62,260 nucleotides of DNA from a virus (IMGVR_UViG_3300027780_000014:1-62260); one strand, 5' to 3'. Positions 37,501-46,260 are shown, numbered from the stretch's first letter. Numbers and translations are program-made. The notes: generated by a model not told the origin, from the sequence alone.

Positions 37501-39899
37501 CCAAATTTAGCAGTATCTAGTATCTTAAATTCAGTGATATGGCCTTTTTCATCTTGAGAAACAATCTCAATTTTAGATGGTACACCAGGAGTCTTACCTG
37601 CTTTTAAATCTCGGTTATGCTGCCATACAGCTTGAAAAGTATCAGCTTTAACTTTCATATACTCAGCAAACTGAGTAAATTTACCTAAGTTTTGAGAAGC
37701 TGTAATTGTATCTCCACTAGCAGCTGCAGCTTCAATACCACGAACATGCTGCAAAACACCTATGAATACACCGTTTTCTCCATCTATTACATTACTTGAT
37801 ACTTCTTGCATGTCTTTAACACGCTTAATGTACTCAGTTACAATAGAACGTTCTTCTTGGCTAACGTCACCTTCTTCTAAAAGAACTGTGGCTTGCTCCT
37901 CTGTAATAGTATCAGAGGTTTTCATGCTGTAAAGAATGCTACCTTTAAGCTTTTCACGGCTTTCTGGAGAAAGGGCGGCTACTATTCCCTTTTTAAGATT
38001 TTTTTCAATCTCTAGCGCAATATCATCTTCATTTAATCCTGCACCAGTTTCTTGTCTCTTAGTAAGATTATCAGTAATAGCAACTTCTATATCTACTAAT
38101 TTTTGAAAGTCTGCTAATAATTCAGGGGATGTTTTATCAGGATTAGCTTCAATATCAGCTAATGCTTCAGTTATTAATGTAGATATAGTAGACGCGTATT
38201 TTGTAGCAGCTTCTACTGTGCCTTGAATGTCTTCAGCATTATCTTGTGAAAACTTTAATGCTTTAAATACAAGACTGTCTGGATCACTTCTTTTTTCCAG
38301 TCTACCTTCTTCTAGTTTTTCTAAGGCTTTACCTGCAGATTCTCGTATATTTTTTACTAAGTCACTTTCTTTAACATCTGTACTTACTCTTTTAGTACCT
38401 TTAACAACATCTTTTATACCTACAGCAGCTTGAGCTGGAGATACTGCTATTGCCTCTATCATTCCTTGTTCAATTATTTTAACTTTATCAAGTCCCTCAA
38501 GACCGCCTGCAACACCTGCTTGTTCAGATAGTTCTGTTCCAGCTCCTGATACAAACTCTTGTACAGGTTGTATAGCAAGGCCAGCTGTTTTTGCAGCTAT
38601 GTTACTAGTGTATTGTGTAAGTATTTTAGCGCCTTTAGGAGCACCAGAACCAAGCTTAGTTGTAATTTTGTTTATTAAATTAGTAGGTATTACTTTTACA
38701 CCTTTTAAAGCTATTTTATCTGAGAAGAAATCAAAAAATACTGCAGCCCCGGCACCTGTGTTTAAAATTTCTTTATCTTTTCCTGTTGCTCTATATCCAT
38801 TTATTTTTACAAATTCCTCCATCATAGTGTCAGCATGCTTACTATAAGCTGCCATAACTGTAGGAGCACTAGTAAAAGGATTAACCATTGCTAACATTTG
38901 AGGTAAAGAGTTTGCAAACATCTCTATTGCAGAACCTGGGTTATCTAAAGCTACTGTAAATATACCATCTGCCATTACCCCAATACTTTTTGCATAATTG
39001 CCATTTTCATAAAACTCACTCGCTTCTACTGCGTATGGTTCTACTTGTCTTTGAATTTTACGTTGTCCTGCTTTATTTACTTTAGATGCTACTACTTCAG
39101 AAACGTTTTCAAGAAAATCGTAAGTAGCAACTGCACCATCAATGTTACTTTCAGCTCTTTCTCTTACTTGACGCTTAGTAGGAGTTCTCTCTAAAGCCCA
39201 TTCAATTTCTGATAAGTTAGATTTTGCTTGCCAACTATCTGGTGATTCATTTAAAGCTGCTAATGCGGCATCACGTTGAGCAACTAATTCATCATTATAT
39301 GAACTATCTAGCATATTAGTTATAGATTCTAATTCTGCAGACAAGTTAGCAATTTCTGTTGGATCAGTTGCTTCAGCTAGCAAAGATTGCAGTTCTTTAT
39401 CTCTTAATAAAAATGGAGCTAAATTTGCAGTGTCTGCTTCTTCGTCTATCATGTCACTAGCTGGCGCTTGTACCCAGCCTGTAGTTAAGTCAGTTATGCC
39501 ACTTCCTAAATTAAGAGCAACGTTACCAACGTATTTAAAAGGATTATCTATTTCTTGAATAAACGCATCTTTATCTGCAACTAATTCTGCTGCTCCTCCT
39601 TGCGAATTAAGAAAATCATCTTGAGATTGCGTTGTTCCTGCGAATATGTCTCGATAAGTTTTATTTAAGGCAAGGTTTTTTTCTTTTTCTGTTCTAGCAC
39701 TTAATAGATTCTCTGCTTTACTAATAGGAGCATTATCAAATGCACTAGTGTTTCCACTAGCTACATCCATTGCTTCTTGAAAGTAATCACGTGTGGCAGG
39801 CTGCACAGAAGTATCTCTGGCTTTTAAACTAGATTCTGCAAGTTTAATTTCTTGATTAGGATCGTTTAATGGAGTATTCAATAAATCGTTCTGAGCCAT
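28560..39899 (-). CDS. virion-encapsidated RNA polymerase (N4 gp50-like)
   Basis: 3779 aa, no Cys found on reading; motif A ETDATTSG, motif B RDQAKDPVLQSNYGAG, motif C MFDAI; C-terminal QYSDFVAR and FVNYD. Confidence 0.96.
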   Translation of the reverse strand: MAQNDLLNTPLNDPNQEIKLAESSLKARDTSVQPATRDYFQEAMDVASGNTSAFDNAPISKAENLLSARTEKEKNLALNKTYRDIFAGTTQSQDDFLNSQGGAAELVADKDAFIQEIDNPFKYVGNVALNLGSGITDLTTGWVQAPASDMIDEEADTANLAPFLLRDKELQSLLAEATDPTEIANLSAELESITNMLDSSYNDELVAQRDAALAALNESPDSWQAKSNLSEIEWALERTPTKRQVRERAESNIDGAVATYDFLENVSEVVASKVNKAGQRKIQRQVEPYAVEASEFYENGNYAKSIGVMADGIFTVALDNPGSAIEMFANSLPQMLAMVNPFTSAPTVMAAYSKHADTMMEEFVKINGYRATGKDKEILNTGAGAAVFFDFFSDKIALKGVKVIPTNLINKITTKLGSGAPKGAKILTQYTSNIAAKTAGLAIQPVQEFVSGAGTELSEQAGVAGGLEGLDKVKIIEQGMIEAIAVSPAQAAVGIKDVVKGTKRVSTDVKESDLVKNIRESAGKALEKLEEGRLEKRSDPDSLVFKALKFSQDNAEDIQGTVEAATKYASTISTLITEALADIEANPDKTSPELLADFQKLVDIEVAITDNLTKRQETGAGLNEDDIALEIEKNLKKGIVAALSPESREKLKGSILYSMKTSDTITEEQATVLLEEGDVSQEERSIVTEYIKRVKDMQEVSSNVIDGENGVFIGVLQHVRGIEAAAASGDTITASQNLGKFTQFAEYMKVKADTFQAVWQHNRDLKAGKTPGVPSKIEIVSQDEKGHITEFKILDTAKFGFTEDSVGKVWNSTNDGQIKSLQNQVAKENKIIASYLAQVNNTVNGTSAPAVGYTFGSSNLGGRTGKALTDYSDEELGKVRENLRIRMEKNNARVKSGNIISPQAANSIKASQKSARSDILGINEYLGDDGKSVETELPPWEIDTDQATVEPTTENKAAKPRSETPLQKRVREAAPKNLKDAEADVLKYTKAVDESQLAINNNTDNAQSAELLAKNITSKEKLASANRRVARLASSIAGYNEPNVSSVEPTVSPGDYLFKTGKRAGKALKNIGNDVLETLRARLRDRARNIQNLTVRTSKEKAQYKDAISDLLAIKKYLGDDGKGSKATTSSVTTEDLGALIEPSETTTKQVKRPTKVADTVASEEATVAEEPLVSNAKTMPTILRVIEGLDGALARADVVNRVIRVKEGLTKAEVLEYLKNSTTPTGQQKSIVTTFMNAKYGIDFLALLESMTEEEVVNFVIQHEMYHFKQHDKPVNKGVLHINDYMSDKSRSHATDSGLTTEEAKNNKYLSNTAIEMEAQANLVALRVVFNDKNIGKAPETIDPNVGNTSVGLLLAKRAVLVVQDKLNSLFNEGKKNDPKYAKIIDTWNKEITELNKVVAAEQKKVDTTASVAELEVYELVNDMLKGTSIDPEHVAAVNPGAKNVQFVQNTIWQTSYDVALGLGKTIASVFQAKKEKETKSDEVIKETLNKRNLFKTVRNVFNAIKKNSAFLNMSKEELKTVNILVRFNDEFVKASAKVIKYTVDSVSETGNQAIDHSWTGEKGKEDRLVEDPINYLLKQISYTDKDGNIVNTGYLDPNILSIMAMSAYSYLSTMGTGLLWNDDAAVKQLLGLDSRTKLTNRQMAPFRRIGTTQSNMADLIGSMIVKQLGLKGTGAANKNLEAQLVTSLGLHSILMLEEMGLVTRPSLPRSALDVETINYDGKGSKNINNANEESSIGTAESENTVQFVRVAVVKVGKKEIVAPKVRKMIDDYSITDAGIESSTSSVMDKLFNLESQKDFPSLIPSKTNENTRYLNTNIKIPKKVSEDLDYAQSVEWRFKPEFIELLNGDSREETIQALKDISGYKESLEDVPLYAKEAAEAVNNSILREIEDAITFFDILAEKKQDDFYYTYNSWNNSRSGMAQSAVSPQSSKIIRHLIYPTDSTTGESFQQDLDLDNAYHMQMLKVAITQALLENPKLSVDKNSFLEINKNFERVIGDGVVNKRNDIGKAGREVQKGANPFVVAAKYGLEGTLAVEGLIALGKYYKAVETGNKNVTVNISIETDATTSGLILSLLNAGLFTESALIKLRAGGLYDTDTSFIKYGKKNADNYVMLANLWAEDIKASEHNANVPEVASLINLLGYPDRDQAKDPVLQSNYGAGEAALKESYIDSAVTMLYEKLTDTDFNVRKEALALLNAVLQTDYKTMGGKNPFKVRAISEDRISEANYKSFILDTKWKPASTDAEGNAVPAGYRLYGRSPEEIKFRVMVNKVYGGALISSMSKIGNDFAGLGGQLNDVGNTVFHVWKVFQEIAEKGYRANAGIDYTTNDMQELLDNDPTLKGLQPFIKFFDTSKDSERLYGYKRDKKRTYDSGVDKVTVRLPNSARGAKSTSSGISVSLDQTPGVSLIARLIQGIDDAVMRTILGKAPVMHMFDAIFSNILNATSHAQDYNEAILAINYEYSMFDNAVLMLENSIAAFVANPAARRKFSEIVKDDSEGNVLFNTNLAAMLKSVKETQKLMNENKEVLFKEILRRSDHLGIETSAKDNILNPDVIQDPEFDLLDELFLTKDVEQFFEQNKPKPLNSSVDSDINPETFVESDSEILSGHNALDIFDTLGRGDRQGNSVDSVEHLSHLRKLLATVIAPGLNALGDFSLKMRRAGNKNVGALEDQDILLNFGVNSGSNILLNHGSERTTYVHELAHAVSRFMFDDAKLAPVANQIINLRERTRRYLDAKYKGEGWKAFMSEDEFLIGHKYDKEAELANAKATYNYIFGQEGVFWTAGNKNKASPRGIHEFVAFGLTDARLMSEMSEMPFKAERTAATTLGGRIQELFLKMVDAIIGRVKNQGKTADEALIQMVVALNRVDSKSRFNTKRLMGAMGALDGPISRKITQWVFTPMQKAMLKSSQYSGPGGLVVRNLTNVVGAALEAEVPQLPLEENGQVVMVDMPFRASLELSRKRLRISKNSLLVYILRTIAGPMNDMDRKVEHMLAISNTKIDQNRKSVIEGTKDHIEISFKTEMVKRDWEAFTKSILKTELYSLIPNLNREDFPKLMNILRNTNGVRSKRIKDIRKQLLALGTIGAHYVKQSEGLGVMMATGVTRTSMLRMNAYMIANSKGIVSDTKMPKDLVAMEALIDELATLYAVDNTAQYVNIHTADIIDREIKADPKNNGAVVFMAQAISAKKDSLERNFKNDKTHTVKGFIKSITNPNISVKVALLSEEEKMRKMGYKLVSSIPTDSISDPSKGQKALYTSDFVTLQDYNRGIISTTGMKAAGTLLSQMLTATSGESYNYVSSKLAIKNAVAANIKEYAKHVNNPDYKTTDNVMVPVFDTYQNIVDFRYMMTDHTKVNVLKQDMRANFVLSAAVGSMEDKVQTSLVNEEALRLMKADADENFLKRSDEFVKIGLKSGKAKHRELYSLLPAETRRMIVKIFGTDSIVIDEKYIDVLFGQRSLSIANLPFLNHRVVKIAEVIWKEIVSMAKKNIVIKTGSVLYHNIFSNTIVGWLNGVPIEYMIKEQLRAAKDLNDYMTTKRALFVAKSSLKTAKALNDVQGMKDAQSSIDSYWKSINNSSVRELIKRGMFQSITEEIDVESDPYSYASALSGKMDKFASKNKTLEKVYSGVKNVSRYTYMSDDTSMFKLLLKTTQYSDFVARQAVFKYKTEIEGIGKDETENLVRDLFVNYDMPDHQILQYMNETGITMFTKYPMRMLRVIYKMMKGRPVEGLMLIFLEDFINMNIDDPSDMSLNILKSPFAHLDDAFTQSGIEMGKNFLPSKD

Positions 39900-39917
39900 G
39901 TTTTTTGCCTACAATAG

Positions 39918-39943
39918 AAAAAGGGGCATTATCTGCCCCCTTA
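39918..39943 (-). terminator. intrinsic terminator upstream of vRNAP
   Basis: Minus strand GGGGCA-GATAA-TGCCCC followed by a T run. Confidence 0.7.
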
Positions 39944-39985
39944 GTTTACTTAAATGTGCTAATCATCTCAAGTTATCTTAGGATC

Positions 39986-41776
39986 TTACTCAACACCTAA
40001 AGCTTTGTTTATCATTCTTACAGCATTACTAGTGTTTCTAACACCTGAAGCTTTTAATGCACCCGCATTAGCTGTTGAGACTTCACTACTACGAGCCATC
40101 TCGGCTTTTAGTATATCCTCATCTCGTAAATCTTTAGCTTCTATTAGCTTATCTAGATTAGCTCCTCGTTCTTTTAAATTAGTTTGATTGCCAAGGAACT
40201 TTAGAAAATTAGCAACATTTACTGTTTTATCTGCCCATGTCTTACCCGCTTCAGTATTTGCGTCTATTGAGAGTATGATTTCTGAGTCTGTAAATCCGTT
40301 TGATTTTGCCTCTCTTATCAGTGTTCGTAATTCATCTTGAGCTACATTGCCTCTTCTCCATCCTTCTTGATTATCATCAAATCCCATTGCTACCATATGA
40401 GAATACGCACTTCCTTGAGCATCTTGAGAAGCTTTTAGAGCTGCTGGATCAACCTGATAACTTACTACTGCATCTCGGTAATCTTCTACTATTCTAGCTG
40501 TAACAGTCTTTAAAGTTTTATCGGCAGCAGAAGTTGCTGTAGCTAAATCAGTAGTTGCTTTCTTACTTAATTCTATCCCCTGATCACGAGTAATCTGTCT
40601 TAATTGGTTTGCTAAAACTCTTTCTTGCTCACCTAATGAGCCAAATTCTTCACCTAATGAAGATGTTTCTGCTGTATTAAATTGGGTATTTCTATCAGCA
40701 AAGCTATCACCTGTACCAATATACCCAGCAGCCATTGCTCTTTCAGCAAAATCAGTTTTTGAAGCATCATCTAATTGATCTGAGAACGTTAAATTACCCA
40801 TCTCATCAATGCCAATCATGCCTCTAAACTGTTCAGGTATACCTTGTTTAGCTGTTTCTAGTGCAGTTAAGTTAGTAGCCTTCTCACTTGCTATACGCTC
40901 TCGTGTGGATACAGCAACATTGTCTAATACTTTCTGTAGTGCAAAAGGTCTGCGTTCATCAAATGTACTAAGTACACTAGCTTCACTAATATTTGGATTA
41001 TTTTTAGCAGCTTCTAACAATTTATCTCGTTCAGCTTCTAACGCTTTTATACCGTTTCCGGATGCAACACGCATAGAGCTAACAGCGCCCTGATCAAATA
41101 ACTTTTGATCTTTATCTTTTGTAGCCGCTATTTGATTAGTAATTCTTGTCTGGTTTTCAGTGAAATTCAATGATCCAGGCACTAGGGCATCAAGTGCAGC
41201 TTCTAGTCCAGCAACGTTCATACCAGCTTGTTTTTGTACTTGTGCATCTGTAGCAGTTTGTGCCTCTTTATCTAGTGCAGTTTTTAAACCAGCACTTCCT
41301 TGCGTAATTTGTGAAGAAACATCTAACCAAGAGTCTTTCTCATTAGCTGCTGCTACTTGGTTATTTATGGCTTTAACTTCATCAACAGTTGTAGCGTTAG
41401 CATAGCCAGTGCTTATTTGTTCATTAAATTGATCTTGAAACTCACCACGCATTACACCACGTTCTTTATTAAAAGATTGGCTTAGAGCATCTGCATCAAT
41501 ACGTTTACCGTATCCTTCTAAACCTGTGGCAGAAATATCACCTTGCATAGCATTTAATTCAGATAAAGTGCCAGCACCTTCTAACCGACGACGTAAAGCT
41601 GCAGTGTTTACATCGCTATCTTCTTGAAGTCGAGTCTCTACTCCCTTATCGTAAGCTGTAAGACCACCTTGGATTGTCTGCATTGATTGTTTCCACAGAT
41701 CTCCTGCAGTACTCATTGCGTTAACTGCAGTAGCTCCACTTGGAGTGCTTAATTGTGTCCATTTAGGATATGCCAT
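39986..41776 (-). CDS. internal virion/ejection protein (N4 gp51 position)
   Basis: AGGA SD supports MAYPKWTQ at 41776; helical, A/Q-rich, no Cys seen; adjacent to vRNAP. Confidence 0.75.
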   Translation of the reverse strand: MAYPKWTQLSTPSGATAVNAMSTAGDLWKQSMQTIQGGLTAYDKGVETRLQEDSDVNTAALRRRLEGAGTLSELNAMQGDISATGLEGYGKRIDADALSQSFNKERGVMRGEFQDQFNEQISTGYANATTVDEVKAINNQVAAANEKDSWLDVSSQITQGSAGLKTALDKEAQTATDAQVQKQAGMNVAGLEAALDALVPGSLNFTENQTRITNQIAATKDKDQKLFDQGAVSSMRVASGNGIKALEAERDKLLEAAKNNPNISEASVLSTFDERRPFALQKVLDNVAVSTRERIASEKATNLTALETAKQGIPEQFRGMIGIDEMGNLTFSDQLDDASKTDFAERAMAAGYIGTGDSFADRNTQFNTAETSSLGEEFGSLGEQERVLANQLRQITRDQGIELSKKATTDLATATSAADKTLKTVTARIVEDYRDAVVSYQVDPAALKASQDAQGSAYSHMVAMGFDDNQEGWRRGNVAQDELRTLIREAKSNGFTDSEIILSIDANTEAGKTWADKTVNVANFLKFLGNQTNLKERGANLDKLIEAKDLRDEDILKAEMARSSEVSTANAGALKASGVRNTSNAVRMINKALGVE

Positions 41777-41795
41777 ACTATATATTCCTGTAATG

Positions 41796-42344
41796 CTAAG
41801 CTTTACGTTGTTGAACGCCACGCTCACTGACATAACGATCAGCAGCAGCTTTTGCTTGTTCTGGACTCATACCAGATTCAGCCATTCTAAATTGTTGCCT
41901 ATCAAACATTTGATCATTTTGTAACGCTCTTTGAGCGGCATACTGATCACCATAAGATTTTTGCCTAAAATCTAAATCTGCAGCACCTAGTTGCATTGAT
42001 TTGTTACCTAAATACATAGAGCCTAAAGCTGATATGCCAGCAATACCTGTTGCTGCTTTACCTCCTACACCACCCCAGCCCCAAGGAGTAGTTTGACCCA
42101 AAGTACTATTGCCACCGTTAAGTAGGTTACCAGCAGCATTTTTAGAGCCGTAGCCGCCATAACCGGGATGTCCACCACCCATTGAAGGTTGGTAATTTTG
42201 CAATTGAGCTTGAGCTGGTGAATACATTCTAAGCTGATCTTGAGGCTGCTGCGAGTTTATTGTACTAATATTCCCTGGAGCCATGTTATCTAAAAAACCC
42301 ATTTGTTGTCTAAAAGGGCTGTTGTAACCGTTGTTAATAGCCAT
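41796..42344 (-). CDS. small ejection protein (N4 gp52 position)
   Basis: Gly-rich, central hydrophobic GWGG...GIAGISALGSMYLG segment, then a Q-rich helix. Confidence 0.75.
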   Translation of the reverse strand: MAINNGYNSPFRQQMGFLDNMAPGNISTINSQQPQDQLRMYSPAQAQLQNYQPSMGGGHPGYGGYGSKNAAGNLLNGGNSTLGQTTPWGWGGVGGKAATGIAGISALGSMYLGNKSMQLGAADLDFRQKSYGDQYAAQRALQNDQMFDRQQFRMAESGMSPEQAKAAADRYVSERGVQQRKA

Positions 42345-42395
42345 TAAGGTACTCCTAAATACTTTATTAATAGTAGTTTACATTGTTATTACTAG

Positions 42396-44381
42396 TTAAG
42401 CTAATGGACTTAACTGAGGTAGCGTTAATTTAGTATCAAAATAATCTCTTATTTGATCATATACTAATACACCTGGATTAGTATTTAAAGTTCGTGCATA
42501 AAAAGTGCTGGGCTCTTCGTAAGTGTTTATGTTTGAAAGATTAGCAGAAAGCATGAGATCACTATAATCTGGCTCTTCTAACAATTCTCTTTGTTCTTCT
42601 AACTCTTTCCATTGTTCTGCAGAAGTCTTTAAAAAATCCTGTAATTCATCTGATAACTCTTCCATTTGTTGAGCTTGATAAGCAGTTCCTACTGCGCTTA
42701 CAGCATTTATTAAATTTATCGGGTTTGATAAAGCAAATGTATCAGGGTTAAATCCACCTTCAGGATTAGCTGTTACTACTATTATAGCTAATTGTACCGC
42801 AGCTCTTAGCCACGGATCATCAATTGCAACCATTACTTGTTCTAATGCAAAACTAATAACTACAGCCTTTATAAATGCTGCATAAAAAGCAGTTGCAGTA
42901 AATCCACCATCAACAGCTGTAAAATATAATGTTATTAATACAAAAATTGCTAAGATTACAAGTCTTTTAATCTTTCCCCACAGTTCTTGGTACCATTTTA
43001 AATAAAATTCGTACAAGCTGTGACTAACTACTACAAAACTTTCTGAAAATATTTGCTCTTTATAATGAAGTAAAGGTAAATTTGCTAATACTCCGTGTAT
43101 AAGGGGTATACAAAAATTATCGTAGTCTAATGAAGCAGGGTCAGTTGATACTGCTATAGCTACAGATTGTCTTCTACCTGAAGGGTAATCTACCGTTGTA
43201 CTTGCGCTAATTCCTGTTATAACCAATCTACGGTATGTATTTTCCCCGTATGCACTAGGCGCTGTTAAAGTTATTGTTCCACCAGCTGCAACTGTACTTC
43301 CGTAAGACGTGCTATACCCTGATACAACTGTATTAGCTATTCCATTAAAATTTAACTGAAAGTTGTAATCACTTTCTGAAATATTTACAGAATAATTAGT
43401 AGCAGTCCAGTTAACAGCACCGGTACCTGGATCCAAATGATTTAAATATATAGCATCAAAAAACTCAAATAAATACGCTTTGCCTGCCTGAGTACCTGTA
43501 TTAATGTTAACTGCATTTAATAAAAATATATCAGTTATAGCGTTGTCTTCATCACCAACATCTGTTGGTACACCTTCCTTCATAGCTTCAAATACTTTTT
43601 TAAAAGGAAAAGCTATAGTGTCTAGTAATCTTGATGCGTCGTCATACTCTTCTTTACGTGATGCTGCGTCTATATACACGCCGTCTAACATTAAAGGATA
43701 AATTGGATATGCTACAAAATCATTAGCATTTGCGTACGTGCTAAAAATGTCATGAAAAAGATTTGCATCTTTAACAGCCGGGTGATACAACTTTATTTTA
43801 GGCAATCCCAGGTGTAAGTAAGTATATATTAATACTTTTGTATTATACCCAGCAGGTCTAATACCTACTTTATTAGTAGTACTAATAACTGTGTTGCTAC
43901 TGTTTCTAACAGTTTCTACGTATGAAAAAGTAGTGTCATCTATTATTGCAGCAGCAGTGTACGCTTTAGTAAGCGTTGCACCGTATTCTGTGTAAGTAAA
44001 AGAGTGTACTGAGGTATCGTAAGTGCCAATAGGACTTTGTAACGAATCAAGAAGCTGTATAGCTGTAGGAGTGTTGTACTCAGTGTTAGTTATTGCAGGG
44101 ACGCCTTCAGGAAAAGCTAAACTTATAAAATAACTTTCATCTCTTAATGGACTAGACTGAGTAACTGTAGGAAGTTTGTGCACATAAGATTGCTTAGCTG
44201 CCTTTAAATATGATCTAGCAGAAGTATACTTATTATTAATTACTGCACGTCTAACAGCTTCACAAGGAGTTAATCCTCTCATTGAAGCCGTCATTACTGC
44301 CCCACGTATAGTAGGGATTGTTTCTACTATTTCCCCAAATATAGGGGAAGTATATGCAAACGCATCTCGATGCCACCCCAT
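42396..44381 (-). CDS. tail-associated structural protein (N4 gp53-like)
   Basis: Synteny; YLFEFF, KWYQ, hydrophobic segments and E.P..FY.RTL near the C-terminus. Confidence 0.75.
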   Translation of the reverse strand: MGWHRDAFAYTSPIFGEIVETIPTIRGAVMTASMRGLTPCEAVRRAVINNKYTSARSYLKAAKQSYVHKLPTVTQSSPLRDESYFISLAFPEGVPAITNTEYNTPTAIQLLDSLQSPIGTYDTSVHSFTYTEYGATLTKAYTAAAIIDDTTFSYVETVRNSSNTVISTTNKVGIRPAGYNTKVLIYTYLHLGLPKIKLYHPAVKDANLFHDIFSTYANANDFVAYPIYPLMLDGVYIDAASRKEEYDDASRLLDTIAFPFKKVFEAMKEGVPTDVGDEDNAITDIFLLNAVNINTGTQAGKAYLFEFFDAIYLNHLDPGTGAVNWTATNYSVNISESDYNFQLNFNGIANTVVSGYSTSYGSTVAAGGTITLTAPSAYGENTYRRLVITGISASTTVDYPSGRRQSVAIAVSTDPASLDYDNFCIPLIHGVLANLPLLHYKEQIFSESFVVVSHSLYEFYLKWYQELWGKIKRLVILAIFVLITLYFTAVDGGFTATAFYAAFIKAVVISFALEQVMVAIDDPWLRAAVQLAIIVVTANPEGGFNPDTFALSNPINLINAVSAVGTAYQAQQMEELSDELQDFLKTSAEQWKELEEQRELLEEPDYSDLMLSANLSNINTYEEPSTFYARTLNTNPGVLVYDQIRDYFDTKLTLPQLSPLA

Positions 44382-44392
44382 TTAATACTCCA

Positions 44393-45298
44393 CTAAGGTG
44401 TTAGGCTTGAGTATTCTAAGCCAGAGCTTTTAACAGCATTTTTTAATACGTTACCAATTGATGCATTATCAATAGGAAGAGTGTAAGTAGTACTAGTTGG
44501 ATCAGATCCTTTAGCAATCTGCCAAATTTCGCTGACTAACTTAGCTGCTTTTTGTTCTGCATCTCGTGCAAATCCATCTTTTTGAGCAGTGTAAAGATCT
44601 TGCTGTCTAGTTACTAATATTGTTTGCTGAACTTCAGTTAATGCTTTCTTTTCAAGCATAGTTTTTTCAGCAGTTAATTTAAGAGCTTGTTGAGCTTTTA
44701 TTATTAAATCTTGAGTAGAGTTTAAGTCTGTTCTAGTAGTATGGGCTTCTTGTTCTAGTTTCTGTGCATCAGATAGTGCTACTGCACTTGTAATCTGTTC
44801 ACGTTGTTTAGTAGATGTGTCTAAACCATCTTGTAACTGAGTATTAGCCCTGGTAGTACCGTCAACAGCTTCAGCCATTTGTACATGTAACAAGTCAATT
44901 TGACTGTCCATTTGCACTCGTTGTTTAAGGCTAGTAGTTAAAGTATCTGTTAGTTGGGTATTAGCACGAGCAGTACCATCTAACTGTTCTTGTATTTGGG
45001 TATCTAATAAAACCACACGTGAGTTTATCTCTTCACGCTGTTTTGCATTAGTAATTAAAGTGTCATTTAATTGAGTAAGAGCAAGCTCTGCTTGCTGCTC
45101 ACCTAATACAAAAGATACTGATTGTTGCATTGCAGATTGCACAGCACCAAGATAAACAGTTGCATATTCAGCACCTTTTATACGACCTTTCGTATATTGA
45201 TCGTCTAAGTGAGCAGTTACTGCTGCCATTAACTTATCAAATACACCTGTACCTGATAAGGTTCCTGCAGTAATTTCTGTTATATCAATAGTGGGCAT
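44393..45298 (-). CDS. tail tube-like coiled-coil protein (N4 gp54-like)
   Basis: GTGVFDKLM...HL..QY.KGRI.GAEYA.VY and Q..LY..Q..GF.RDAEQKAAK motifs. Confidence 0.85.
   Translation of the reverse strand: MPTIDITEITAGTLSGTGVFDKLMAAVTAHLDDQYTKGRIKGAEYATVYLGAVQSAMQQSVSFVLGEQQAELALTQLNDTLITNAKQREEINSRVVLLDTQIQEQLDGTARANTQLTDTLTTSLKQRVQMDSQIDLLHVQMAEAVDGTTRANTQLQDGLDTSTKQREQITSAVALSDAQKLEQEAHTTRTDLNSTQDLIIKAQQALKLTAEKTMLEKKALTEVQQTILVTRQQDLYTAQKDGFARDAEQKAAKLVSEIWQIAKGSDPTSTTYTLPIDNASIGNVLKNAVKSSGLEYSSLTP
44726..45076 (-). repeat. three tandem 39-aa (117-bp) repeats within the tail tube gene
   Basis: TQL.D.L.T..KQR.....L...Q..E..DGT.RAN x3. Confidence 0.85.
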
Positions 45299-45307
45299 AA
45301 TATTACC

Positions 45308-45610
45308 TTAAAATTTAATAGTAGATGTATACGTAGCATCTACAGCAACTGCATTTACATTGATGACATGAGCTACATTAGTAGAAGTTAAAACTTCGTA
45401 TCGCCATATGCCTTTTTTGTTTAAAACATCTGAGAAAGATATTTCACCTGCTGCTAATAAAGTAGGAACAGCATCAGTCGTTAAAGAGATGCTGCCAAAT
45501 ATACCATCAGGATCTACTGATCTTACGCTTATAGCATCTGCTGCTACCTCAGCTGTTTTTAGTTGAGGACGTGTAATTGTAAAAGAAACAGTAGAATCCA
45601 CGGTATACAT
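45308..45610 (-). CDS. hypothetical beta-rich protein
   Basis: 100 aa, AGGA SD; DPDG...LNKKGIWRYEV, possibly Ig-like. Confidence 0.65.
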   Translation of the reverse strand: MYTVDSTVSFTITRPQLKTAEVAADAISVRSVDPDGIFGSISLTTDAVPTLLAAGEISFSDVLNKKGIWRYEVLTSTNVAHVINVNAVAVDATYTSTIKF

Positions 45611-45622
45611 ATATTTTTCCTA

Positions 45623-46192
45623 TTATTCGTCGTTAACTAATGCTTGCTGACGAGTTAAATTACGTAGTTCTTCTGGTGTTAAAGGAGATAAAATTTCAAT
45701 ACTAAACTCTGGTACTAATTTACTTTTACGAGTTTTAGCACCACTAGGACTAGTAGATGTGTGAAATACAGAACATTTACGTTCTTTAATCATGTTATAA
45801 ATAATGTTTGGTACATGCCAACCATCTGGTGCATCAAACGGTACAAACTTTTTAAATGTACCCAATTTAGCTGAACCTACAGAAAAGATTTCTCCTTCCC
45901 AGTTCTTCTTGTTTGGATTCATACATGTAATTCGGATACGTATAAGAGCAGCTGCTTCTTTACGTTTTTCAACAATTAACTGTGACATACTTAATTTAGT
46001 AGATCTTACTGGCTCTACTACTTCTTCAACTGGGGATAATTTTGCATCCACTAGCTTACGTAACTTAGCTACTCCAGTGTTATGTCGATACTCAATGCCT
46101 AACTGATCTGCTCTTGCACGAAGAGATTCAATTTCAGTTGGAATTTCATTTTCGTCTTGTTCAATTTCTAGGTGTTGACTTGTTTCGTTCAT
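45623..46192 (-). CDS. N4 gp55-like conserved protein
   Basis: L.ARAD.LGI.Y, LIRIRITCMNPNK...EGEIF.V, GWHVP and L.PLT.EEL. Confidence 0.85.
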   Translation of the reverse strand: MNETSQHLEIEQDENEIPTEIESLRARADQLGIEYRHNTGVAKLRKLVDAKLSPVEEVVEPVRSTKLSMSQLIVEKRKEAAALIRIRITCMNPNKKNWEGEIFSVGSAKLGTFKKFVPFDAPDGWHVPNIIYNMIKERKCSVFHTSTSPSGAKTRKSKLVPEFSIEILSPLTPEELRNLTRQQALVNDE

Positions 46193-46234
46193 TTTACATC
46201 TACCTTTTAGAAGAGGGTGATACCTCTGTATATG

Positions 46235-46260
46235 AAAAAACCTCCCCGTTAAGGGAGGTT
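46235..46260 (-). terminator. terminator after the major capsid gene
   Basis: Minus strand AACCTCCC-TTAACG-GGGAGGTT followed by a T run. Confidence 0.85.

Noticed and set aside
30379-38847. Plus-strand ORFs antisense to the vRNAP (and similar shadows elsewhere)
   Set aside because: Typical antisense shadows of a long coding frame, with L/S-rich composition and no convincing starts.
28560-39899. Absence of cysteine in the vRNAP as a novelty
   Set aside because: A known property of N4-like vRNAPs; used only as supporting evidence for the call.
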